Assembly: GCA_964427405.1 (NCBI GenBank)
Contig: CAYRUB010000008.1
Coordinates: forward strand, 31,428 to 95,427
Origin: an uncultured Planctomycetales bacterium
Lineage (GTDB): Bacteria; Omnitrophota; Gorgyraeia; Gygaellales; Profunditerraquicolaceae
Direction: 5' to 3'
Length of the DNA: 64,000 bases
Positions 28,602 through 36,770 of the stretch are shown here, one piece after another. The position numbers were made by a program, and so were the translations under genes. A model generated the notes under the pieces. It did not search any database, was not told the DNA's origin, and saw only the letters and a list, made by a program, of their open reading frames with translations. Positions within the stretch are counted from its first letter, which is position 1. Every line of letters starts with the position of its first letter.

Positions 28602-30039
28602 CTCTTAAACCAGAATCAACGTGCGCAAAGAAAAGCTTGAGCATCTCCTGTTCAGCAGGCTCTAACTGTTTAGAGTAATGCGCGATCATTTTATAACCCG
28701 TATCTTTAACCAGAGTTGACGCAAAATCATCAAGATATTCTTTAAGCGTAATCAAGGCATTCATGCTGCACTTACCTTTGATTGTCCCGGGCTTAGCCAG
28801 TTTCATAAAAGCCTTGCCGGTTCTTTCTTTGCGGTAACAAGCGGCGCAAAAAGAAGGAATATAGTCGTGGTTGATCAAAGAAGCAACAATTTCTTCAATA
28901 GTACGATTATCACCAAGAGAAAATTGGCTTCCGGCCTTTTCGGAAGCCATGCCGGCTTTTTCGGCAGTTATGCCTGCCTGCCGGTCAGACAGGCCGGCGC
29001 TAGCTTCCCTGTTATCAGAATAGCCGCCGGGCGAAGTAGAAGATTCTGCGCTGACTTGCGAAACTCCCAGACTAAGCAGCGCATCGCGCATCGCGGCAGA
29101 TTCGCGGGTAGACATAATAATACCGGTGTACGGCACAGATAGCCTTAAAACAGCAACCACCTTTTTAAAATCTTCATCGGAAATTTTATACGGCGGATTA
29201 AAAGAAAGTTCCGCCCCCTCTGCCGGTTCAATACGCGGCACGGATATTGTATGCGGCCCGACATTAAACTCCTTCTCCATATGCTCTATATGAGAAAGTA
29301 ACCCTAATGTCTCAAACTTCCAATCATATAAACCATAAAGCGCACCAATACCTATATCATCAATTCCTGCCTCAAATGCCCTATCCGGTGCGCTAATCCG
29401 GTTATCCGGATCACTCTTTGGACCACTGACGTGCATCGCTCGATAGGTTTGATCATGGTAAGTTTCCTGAAAGATTTGAAAAGTTCCAATACCAGAGGCT
29501 TTTAATTTCTTAAAATCAACAACACTTAAAGGCGCACAGTTAACATTTACCCTTTTAATTCTATGTTTACCTACTTGTACAGAATAAATGGCCTTAACCG
29601 CCTGGACATAATAATCAATGTTTGATAAACCTGCGGGAGCTGCTTCACCGCAAACCGCCAATATCCTCTTATGCCCGCGCCTTAAGAGCCACTGAATCTG
29701 CTGGGTAATTTCAGAGGTAGTAAGCGCCTTACGCTTAATACCGGAGTTATTTGATTTAAAACCGCAGTATTGACAGTTATTTACACAGAGATTACTGATA
29801 TAAAGCGGCGCAAAAAGCACCACCCTCCTGCCGTAAATAGCATCTTTAACAAAGCTTGCCGCCTTAAATATTCTCTGGATATATTCCGGATCCTTAACCG
29901 AAAGCAAAACCGCAGACTCTTCCAACGTTAAACGTTGAAGTGATTTTGCCTTTTCCAGGATAGCATCAAGCTTACGGCTATCAAACTTAGCCGCATCAGC
30001 AAGCAAATTATTTATTCTTTCTTCATTGATGTATTTCAT
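28588..30039 (-). CDS. hydG: radical SAM maturase HydG
   Basis: FAPLYISNLCVNNCQYCGF, FQETYH, GPHTISVPR, C-terminal CxxC-x22-C. Confidence 0.95.
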   Translation of the reverse strand: MKYINEERINNLLADAAKFDSRKLDAILEKAKSLQRLTLEESAVLLSVKDPEYIQRIFKAASFVKDAIYGRRVVLFAPLYISNLCVNNCQYCGFKSNNSGIKRKALTTSEITQQIQWLLRRGHKRILAVCGEAAPAGLSNIDYYVQAVKAIYSVQVGKHRIKRVNVNCAPLSVVDFKKLKASGIGTFQIFQETYHDQTYRAMHVSGPKSDPDNRISAPDRAFEAGIDDIGIGALYGLYDWKFETLGLLSHIEHMEKEFNVGPHTISVPRIEPAEGAELSFNPPYKISDEDFKKVVAVLRLSVPYTGIIMSTRESAAMRDALLSLGVSQVSAESSTSPGGYSDNREASAGLSDRQAGITAEKAGMASEKAGSQFSLGDNRTIEEIVASLINHDYIPSFCAACYRKERTGKAFMKLAKPGTIKGKCSMNALITLKEYLDDFASTLVKDTGYKMIAHYSKQLEPAEQEMLKLFFAHVDSGLRDEYV

Positions 30040-30056
30040 AAAATTACCTCGTTCGA

Positions 30057-30127
30057 TAGCGGGTGACGATGGATGGACTTGAGTACGCTACCTGCGGCCG
30101 AAAGACAGACATCGGCAGGACCCGCTA
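30057..30127 (+). repeat. family 2 palindromic element
   Basis: TAGCGGGTGA-CGATG...CATCG-GCAGGACCCGCTA. Confidence 0.75.
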
Positions 30128-30128
30128 A

Positions 30129-30380
30129 TTATTCAGATTTACTTAATCCTGATTTCACCGACACCCCGTTGATCTTGCCCAGCTTGCCGGTTAAGGCGCC
30201 CAAATCATCAGTAGTCGCATTTACAATCAACACGATTACGCTTAATTCTCTCTTTACATGGGGAATGCCCATGCGGCCGATAACTAAATCGCCGAATTCC
30301 GTCAAAATATTGTTAACCAGCGGCGCAGCCTTTTTACGGTTATGAATAATTATCCCCACAAATCCTAAACGCTTTTCCAT
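30129..30380 (-). CDS. TM1266-family iron-only hydrogenase system putative regulator
   Basis: VNNILTEF..VIGRMGIP, ALTGKLGKINGVSVK; precedes hydG. Confidence 0.85.
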   Translation of the reverse strand: MEKRLGFVGIIIHNRKKAAPLVNNILTEFGDLVIGRMGIPHVKRELSVIVLIVNATTDDLGALTGKLGKINGVSVKSGLSKSE

Positions 30381-30397
30381 TTTTTCCTCCTTCAGCT

Positions 30398-30434
30398 TAG
30401 GGACAGTTCTGCTTTGAGTTGAGAACCGTCCCTA
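30398..30434. repeat. family 4 REP-like hairpin
   Basis: TAGGGACAGTTCT...AGAACCGTCCCTA. Confidence 0.6.
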
Positions 30435-30439
30435 CTAAT

Positions 30440-30546
30440 AAAATCCCAACCCGTCAGCAATATAATCCTGCAGAAAGGTTGGGATTTTGTCTTTATCCTC
30501 CCTTGGGTATAGAGTCGTTTACACGATCCTTACCGCAGGATTTATA
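30440..30546 (-). promoter_or_regulatory. structured leader with terminator and competing pairing before the maturase operon
   Basis: Terminator AAAATCCCAACC...GGTTGGGATTTT; its interior CTGCAGGATTATA is complementary to upstream TATAAATCCTGCGG. Confidence 0.5.
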
Positions 30547-30556
30547 ATCTTATTTC

Positions 30557-32308
30557 TTATTTTGCGTAAATCGGCCTCGCCTTATAATGCACATGCAGAA
30601 GTTTTTCCGACTTCTCGCTCAAAGGCTTGCCTAAAAATTCCTTATAAATTCTTTTTATGTAAGGGTTCTGATGGCTGCAACGAATCTGCTTTTGCTCATC
30701 GTCTTGATACAAAGCCTGCGCCCTTTTAATCCTTAATTCATCGGTAACCATATAAGGCTGTCCGCCGCCGCCCACGCAGCCTCCCGGACAAGCCATAACC
30801 TCAATAAAATGATACGGCATTTCTTTATTATTAAGCTTGGCATCGCGTACCTTATTTAAAATATATTCCACATTACCCAGACCGTGAGCAATAGCAATCC
30901 TAAGCTTCTTGCCGCCAACTTCAATCTCAGTTTCCTTAACACCCTTTAAGCCGCGGACACTAACAAACTCCACATTCTTTAATTCTTTACCAGTAACAAA
31001 ATAATGCGCAGTCCTTAAAGCTGCTTCCATTACACCGCCGGTAGAACCAAAAATAACCCCTGCTCCGGCATACTCGCCTAAAATACTATCGCACTCCTCA
31101 TCGGACAGAGTATCAAAATCTATGCCTGCCTGTTTAATCATGCGCACCAACTCCCTGGTACAGAGAACTGTATCTATATCCTGAAAGCCTGAAGCAGACA
31201 TCTCGGCATTCCTGGTAATCTCATATTTTTTGGAAGTACAAGGCATAATTGAAACCATAAAAATCTTGGCAGGGTCAATTTTATTCTTCTCTGCATAGTA
31301 CGTCTTGGAGAGTACCCCTAAAATTTCATGCGGGGATTTACAGGAAGAAAAATGTTCAATCATATCCGGATAGAACTTTTCCATAAAATCTACCCAGGAA
31401 GGACAGCAGGAAGTAATTAAAGGCAGCGGCCTATTTCCATGCAAAAGCCTCTCCTCAAATTCACTCGCCTCCTCCATAATCGTAACATCAGCAGCAAAAG
31501 ATGTATCGAAAACCGCATGAAACCCTAAACGCCTTAATAAAGCGTAAAGTTTCTTGGTGAAATTCTTGCCTACATAACCAAATGCTTCTCCTATAGAGAC
31601 CCTCACTGCGGGAGCAATCTGCACCACGCAATATTTATCCGGATCCATCAGCCCCTTCCAGACTTGAGCTGTATGGTCCTGCTCAACAAATGCACCCGTG
31701 GGGCAATGCGCTGAGCACTGGCCGCACTTAACGCATGGAGAATCAGCTAATTGGATATCTCCTGCAGGAGATATCCGGGTTTTCATCCCTCTTTCCAAGA
31801 ATGACAAAGCCCAGACATCCTGTAATTCTTGACATACATGCACGCATCGGCCGCAAAGGATACATTTTTTAGGATCAAGATCAACAGCCTTGGTCGAGGT
31901 ATCTATCGGCAAATCTCTTAAATACTGCGGGAATGATTCATCTTTAATTCCGAAATCCGCGGTAAGCTTTTGCAACTCACACTGGTTATTCCTGGCACAC
32001 TTAAGACAATCATTGGGATGATTTGATAAAATAAGCTCGATTACCGTCCTGCGTATTTCAACTATTTCCGGGTCATGCGTAATAATATCCATCCCTTCAT
32101 CCAGCGGCGTACAACAGGAACGCAACATCTTATGCGAACCTTTATTCTTAACAATACAAATACCGCAGGATGCCGAAGGAGGCAGGTCCGGATGCTTGCA
32201 AAGAGTGGGTATTTTTATCTGCACTCTCTTAGCTGCCTCTAAAATAGTTGTGCCCTCTTCCACTCTTAACAAAATTCCGTTAATTTTTGCCTTAATTATT
32301 TTTGCCAT
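30557..32308 (-). CDS. hydA: [FeFe]-hydrogenase catalytic subunit (group A3, HndD/HydA)
   Basis: H-cluster motifs TSCCPSW, MPCTSKKYE, EVMACPGGCVGGGGQP; N-terminal 2Fe-2S, His-ligated and 2x4Fe-4S motifs. Confidence 0.95.
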   Translation of the reverse strand: MAKIIKAKINGILLRVEEGTTILEAAKRVQIKIPTLCKHPDLPPSASCGICIVKNKGSHKMLRSCCTPLDEGMDIITHDPEIVEIRRTVIELILSNHPNDCLKCARNNQCELQKLTADFGIKDESFPQYLRDLPIDTSTKAVDLDPKKCILCGRCVHVCQELQDVWALSFLERGMKTRISPAGDIQLADSPCVKCGQCSAHCPTGAFVEQDHTAQVWKGLMDPDKYCVVQIAPAVRVSIGEAFGYVGKNFTKKLYALLRRLGFHAVFDTSFAADVTIMEEASEFEERLLHGNRPLPLITSCCPSWVDFMEKFYPDMIEHFSSCKSPHEILGVLSKTYYAEKNKIDPAKIFMVSIMPCTSKKYEITRNAEMSASGFQDIDTVLCTRELVRMIKQAGIDFDTLSDEECDSILGEYAGAGVIFGSTGGVMEAALRTAHYFVTGKELKNVEFVSVRGLKGVKETEIEVGGKKLRIAIAHGLGNVEYILNKVRDAKLNNKEMPYHFIEVMACPGGCVGGGGQPYMVTDELRIKRAQALYQDDEQKQIRCSHQNPYIKRIYKEFLGKPLSEKSEKLLHVHYKARPIYAK

Positions 32309-32310
32309 AT

Positions 32311-34053
32311 TTACTTTTTATTGATTGCCTTAAATTTACAAACATCAAAACATCGTCCGCACTTTACACATTTATCCTGAATTACGGAATAACCTTCTTC
32401 TTTGCCGCCGATGATTGCCTTTACCGGGCAATTATTAAAACAAATCCCGCAACGTTTACACTTATCCTCGATTATACTATAAGTTACCAGGCTGCTGCAC
32501 TTTCCCGCCGGGCATCTCTTATTTAAAATATGCTCATTATATTCCTGCTCAAAATATTTTAAAGTCGAAAGCACTGGATTTGAAGCAGTCTGGCCTAACC
32601 CGCATAAAGATGCCTTCTGCATAGCCTGAGAAATCCTGCGTAACTGCCCCAGGTCCTCCGGTATACCCTTGCCTTCGGAAATTTTCTTCAGGTAACCAAG
32701 CATCTGGAAGCCACCGATACGGCAGGGAGCGCACTTTCCGCAGGATTCCTCCACGCAGAAACCCAGGTAAAACTTAGGAATATCTACCATACAATCATCA
32801 TCATCCATAACAATCATCCCACCTGAACCCATAATCGAACCTAACTTTTGCAGGTTCTCATAATCCACCGGCGTATCTAAAAGCTCCTCGGGAATAACCC
32901 CTCCGGAAGGCCCGCCTGTCTGCACCGCTTTTATTGGCTTACCAGAGAGCGTGCCTCCACAGATATCCATTACAATCTCTCTTAAGGTTGCCCCCATAGC
33001 AATTTCTACCAACCCTGAATTTTTAACTTTCCCGGTTACCGCAAAGACCTTTGTTCCTTTCGAAGTTTGAGTACCTATTTGCGCAAAATATTTTCCGCCC
33101 TTAATAATAATTACAGGTATATTAGCCAGGGTCTCAACATTATTAATAACCGTAGGCTTACCCCACAATCCTCTTACCGAAGGATACGGCGGACGGGGAT
33201 GCGGAGTCCCTCTCTTGCCCTCTATAGATGAAATCAAAGCGGTTTCTTCACCGCAAACAAATGCGCCGGCACCCAATCTTATATCTATGTCCAAGCTGAA
33301 AGAGCTACCCAGAATATTCTTTCCCAATAGCCCATAATCATAGGCCTGTTTAATTGCTTTCTCAATTCTTTCTACTGCCAGCGGATATTCCGCGCGGATA
33401 TAAAAATACCCTTTAGAAGCCCCGATAGCAAAAGCAGCAATGATCAAACCTTCAATAACCGAATGCGGGTCGCCCTCCAGGATACTCCTATCCATATATG
33501 CTCCGGGATCTCCTTCATCAGCATTACAGATAACAAATTTCTCAGTTGATGCAACCTCACGGGCAAAATTCCATTTCATCCAAGTAGGATAGCCGGCACC
33601 GCCTCTTCCTCTTATACCGCTGATCTTTAACTCTTCAATCAACTTTTGCTGGCCTAATTCACCAAGTACTTTTTTTAAAGCCAGATAACCGCCGCAAGCG
33701 ATATATTCCTCAATACTCTCCGGGTTAATCTTGCCGCAATTGCGCAAAACAATCCGGTGCTGTTTGGCTTTAGGTTTAAAAACCAAATCCTGAATAACTT
33801 CATTTTCCTTTAAAACAGCGTCAATTATTCTTTTAATATCTGCATCTGCAACATTAACATAAGTAATTTTATCCGGGAGGACCTTAATCACCATTCCCTG
33901 ATCATACACACCGATATCCGCAACTCTAACCACCTGGATCTGATCAAGTAAATTAGTCTGGCGAAGATAATCCAACAAGCGGGTATAAAAATCCCGCGTT
34001 TTATCTTCTCCCTTTGAATCCGTATCTTTTACTAAAATAACTTTGGTGTACAT
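32311..34053 (-). CDS. hydB: NuoF-like NADH/FMN subunit (HndC/HydB)
   Basis: GRGGAG, NADEGDPGAYM, GAFVCGEETAL, ESCGKCAPCR, C-terminal 2x4Fe-4S. Confidence 0.93.
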   Translation of the reverse strand: MYTKVILVKDTDSKGEDKTRDFYTRLLDYLRQTNLLDQIQVVRVADIGVYDQGMVIKVLPDKITYVNVADADIKRIIDAVLKENEVIQDLVFKPKAKQHRIVLRNCGKINPESIEEYIACGGYLALKKVLGELGQQKLIEELKISGIRGRGGAGYPTWMKWNFAREVASTEKFVICNADEGDPGAYMDRSILEGDPHSVIEGLIIAAFAIGASKGYFYIRAEYPLAVERIEKAIKQAYDYGLLGKNILGSSFSLDIDIRLGAGAFVCGEETALISSIEGKRGTPHPRPPYPSVRGLWGKPTVINNVETLANIPVIIIKGGKYFAQIGTQTSKGTKVFAVTGKVKNSGLVEIAMGATLREIVMDICGGTLSGKPIKAVQTGGPSGGVIPEELLDTPVDYENLQKLGSIMGSGGMIVMDDDDCMVDIPKFYLGFCVEESCGKCAPCRIGGFQMLGYLKKISEGKGIPEDLGQLRRISQAMQKASLCGLGQTASNPVLSTLKYFEQEYNEHILNKRCPAGKCSSLVTYSIIEDKCKRCGICFNNCPVKAIIGGKEEGYSVIQDKCVKCGRCFDVCKFKAINKK

Positions 34054-34070
34054 AAATTACCCCTTAGCCC

Positions 34071-34418
34071 TTAAGCTAAAACCTCAAAAATAAAATCATT
34101 AACCAACCTTTTAGAGATGACATGCTTTTCCAATATCTTGGTTGCCACATCCTTATTTACCGAACCATAAATTACCGACGGTAGCCCTTCCACGTTCACC
34201 TCGACTAACGGTTCAGCATAACAGGCTCCGGCGCAACCGCATTTTTTAATTTCAATCTGCAGGTTCCTCTTTTTAACTTCTTCCGCAAAAAAATTAAAAA
34301 CTTCCTCTGCCCCGGCAGCGATACCACAGCTGCTCATTCCCACTTTAATCCAATCCTTGGGCTTATCGCTGGAAGCCTGGCTCATTTTATCTAAATCATC
34401 GGGAGTCAATTTATTCAT
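34071..34418 (-). CDS. thioredoxin-like [2Fe-2S] ferredoxin subunit (HndB/HydD)
   Basis: VGMSSCGIAAGA, GCAGACYAEP. Confidence 0.88.
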   Translation of the reverse strand: MNKLTPDDLDKMSQASSDKPKDWIKVGMSSCGIAAGAEEVFNFFAEEVKKRNLQIEIKKCGCAGACYAEPLVEVNVEGLPSVIYGSVNKDVATKILEKHVISKRLVNDFIFEVLA

Positions 34419-34424
34419 CTTAAG

Positions 34425-34898
34425 CTATTCCTCTTTAATATACTTAGACAAGATATCCGCAACCTCATTCTTCTTCACCTTGCCGTACACTTTATTATCA
34501 ATCATCATTACCGGAGCTAACCCGCAGCAACCTAAACACCTGACGACATCCAGATAGAAGAGCCCATCCTTAGTCGTCTGACCTTCCTTAATACCTAAGA
34601 TGTTCTTTATTTCATTCAGGATTACCTCTGCACCCCGCAGATAACAAGCTGTACCCATACACAAAGCAATCCGGTGCTTGCCGGGAGGAGTTAACTTGAA
34701 AAAATTATAAAAAGTAATTACCTCGTAGATCCTGGCCAAAGGGATATCTAACATTCTGGATAATTCCAGAGACAGCTCCCGCGGCACATAACCATGATGA
34801 TTCTGAATCTCATGCAGGATCATGATTAGGTTACCTTCTTTACCCTTCCATTGCTGGACAAGGCTGACTAATTCCGGATTAAGCTTTTGATGTTCCAT
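34425..34898 (-). CDS. hydC: NuoE-like [2Fe-2S] subunit (HndA/HydC)
   Basis: CMGTACYLRG, RCLGCCGLAPV. Confidence 0.92.
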   Translation of the reverse strand: MEHQKLNPELVSLVQQWKGKEGNLIMILHEIQNHHGYVPRELSLELSRMLDIPLARIYEVITFYNFFKLTPPGKHRIALCMGTACYLRGAEVILNEIKNILGIKEGQTTKDGLFYLDVVRCLGCCGLAPVMMIDNKVYGKVKKNEVADILSKYIKEE

Positions 34899-34952
34899 GT
34901 GTAAATAATTATAGGGTATTTTCTTGCTGGGTTTACCTTGATTAGAGTAAGA

Positions 34953-34980
34953 ATTTTACCACAATTTTTCTAAAAGGCAA
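34953..34980 (-). promoter_or_regulatory. sigma70-type promoter of the second hydrogenase operon
   Basis: TTGCCT-16 nt (ending TGG)-TAAAAT. Confidence 0.5.
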
Positions 34981-34991
34981 GAAAAATTTTA

Positions 34992-36770
34992 CTAAAACGC
35001 TCCTTCTTTTTGTTTATAATGCGTATGCAATAGATGATGCGACTTTTCTCCCAGGGGCTGGCCCAGGAACTCCTTATACAATGCCTGCACCGCCGGGTTT
35101 TCATGTGATTTCCTAAGAGGCTTATTTTTATCCTCGCGATAAATCGCTTCCATTCTTTTTAACCTGATTTCGTTATTTGTAGGAATCGGCTGACCCGCTC
35201 CTCCTAGGCATCCTCCGGGGCAAGTCATAATTTCGATAAAGGCATAAGGAGAACTGCCAAGTTTTACCTCCTCTAATAATACACGCGCCTTACTTAAACT
35301 GCTTGCCACCGCAACCTTTAGTTTTAATCCATCAATATCCACCTCAGCAACCTTAATCCCATCAAGGCCTCTTAACCCAAAAAAATCGAGTTTCTCCAGT
35401 TGCCTGCCAGTAAGCACCTCATAAGCTGTCCTTAAGGCAGCCTCCATTACTCCTCCGGTTGCCCCGAATATTACCGCTGCTCCCGTAGAGATACCTAAAG
35501 GCTCATCAAAATCCTCTCCCTCAAGATTAACAAAATTTACCCCTGCTTCTTTGATCAGGCGGCTGGCCTCCCGGGTGGTCAAAACAAAATCCACGTCATA
35601 AAATGCTTCGCTCTCCTTAAGGCTCAATTCGTCTTTCCAATAATTAAACGCGCTTTTCATCTCCGGGCGTAGCGCTTCAAATTTCTTAGCGGTACATGGC
35701 ATAATTGAAACAACCACTATATTTCTTGGGTCAATATTGAACTTCTTGGCGTAATAAGTCTTGGCAACTGCCCCAAACATCTGCTGGGGAGATTTACAAC
35801 TGGAGATATGCCCTAATATCTCTGGGTAAAAATGCTCGGCGAATTTTATCCATCCCGGAGAACAAGAGGTAATTAACGGAAGGGAACCCTTATTCTTAAT
35901 CCTATCAATTAGCTCATGGCCTTCCTCCATAATCGTCAGGTCTGCGGAGAACTGCGTATCAAAAACTTTGTCAAAACCTAACTTACGTAAACTTTGAGCT
36001 AACTTTCCCGTAACCAAACTGCCTGCGGGCATACCAAACTCTTCGCCAATCGCTGCCCTTACCGCCGGAGCTACTTCCACAACCACAAATTTATTAGGAT
36101 CAGCTAATGCGCGCCAAACTTCTTCCGTAGCATTCTTTTCAGTGATTGCTCCGGTAGGACAGACTAAAAGACACTGGCCGCAGTTAACGCATACGCTATT
36201 TGCTAAACCCTGATCAAAAAATGTAGCTATCTTGCTAGACTTGCCGCGTCCGGAAAAATCAATCGCTTTAACACTTTGGATGGTGGAACAAACGGAAACG
36301 CAGCGGCCGCATAAAATACATTTGTTGGGATCCCGGGATAAAGATACGGAAGTGGTATCCAAAGGCAACTCTATTTTTGCTGTCTTGGGGAATCTCACTT
36401 CTCTTACCCCCATATCAAAAGCCAGTTTTCTCAACTCGCAAGACTGATTTCTGTCGCAGACAAGGCAATCTTTGGGATGCCCTGCCAAAAGCAGCTCTAA
36501 ATTCAACCTTCTGGCATTCCTTACGCGCGGGGTATTAGTAAAAATCTCCATGTCTTCTCTTATAGAAGTAACGCATGAACGCAGCAGGGTTTTAGCTCCC
36601 TTAACTTCCACTAAACAAATTGAACAGGCAGCCTCCTGGTTGATATCTTTTAAATAACAAAGCGTGGGGATATCGATTGCGGCTTTTGCGCAAGCCTCCA
36701 AAATAGTCAGGCCGGCATCACATTCATAAACCTTGCCGTCAATTTTTAAAGAAACTTTTTTTTCTTCCAT
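34992..36770 (-). CDS. hydA: [FeFe]-hydrogenase catalytic subunit (group A3)
   Basis: TSCSPGW, MPCTAKKFE, EIMTCPGGCLGGAGQP. Confidence 0.95.
   Translation of the reverse strand: MEEKKVSLKIDGKVYECDAGLTILEACAKAAIDIPTLCYLKDINQEAACSICLVEVKGAKTLLRSCVTSIREDMEIFTNTPRVRNARRLNLELLLAGHPKDCLVCDRNQSCELRKLAFDMGVREVRFPKTAKIELPLDTTSVSLSRDPNKCILCGRCVSVCSTIQSVKAIDFSGRGKSSKIATFFDQGLANSVCVNCGQCLLVCPTGAITEKNATEEVWRALADPNKFVVVEVAPAVRAAIGEEFGMPAGSLVTGKLAQSLRKLGFDKVFDTQFSADLTIMEEGHELIDRIKNKGSLPLITSCSPGWIKFAEHFYPEILGHISSCKSPQQMFGAVAKTYYAKKFNIDPRNIVVVSIMPCTAKKFEALRPEMKSAFNYWKDELSLKESEAFYDVDFVLTTREASRLIKEAGVNFVNLEGEDFDEPLGISTGAAVIFGATGGVMEAALRTAYEVLTGRQLEKLDFFGLRGLDGIKVAEVDIDGLKLKVAVASSLSKARVLLEEVKLGSSPYAFIEIMTCPGGCLGGAGQPIPTNNEIRLKRMEAIYREDKNKPLRKSHENPAVQALYKEFLGQPLGEKSHHLLHTHYKQKEGAF

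Noticed and set aside
34899-34916. Possible Rex box before the second hydrogenase operon
   Set aside because: Too many mismatches to TTGTGAA-N4-TTCACAA in AT-rich sequence
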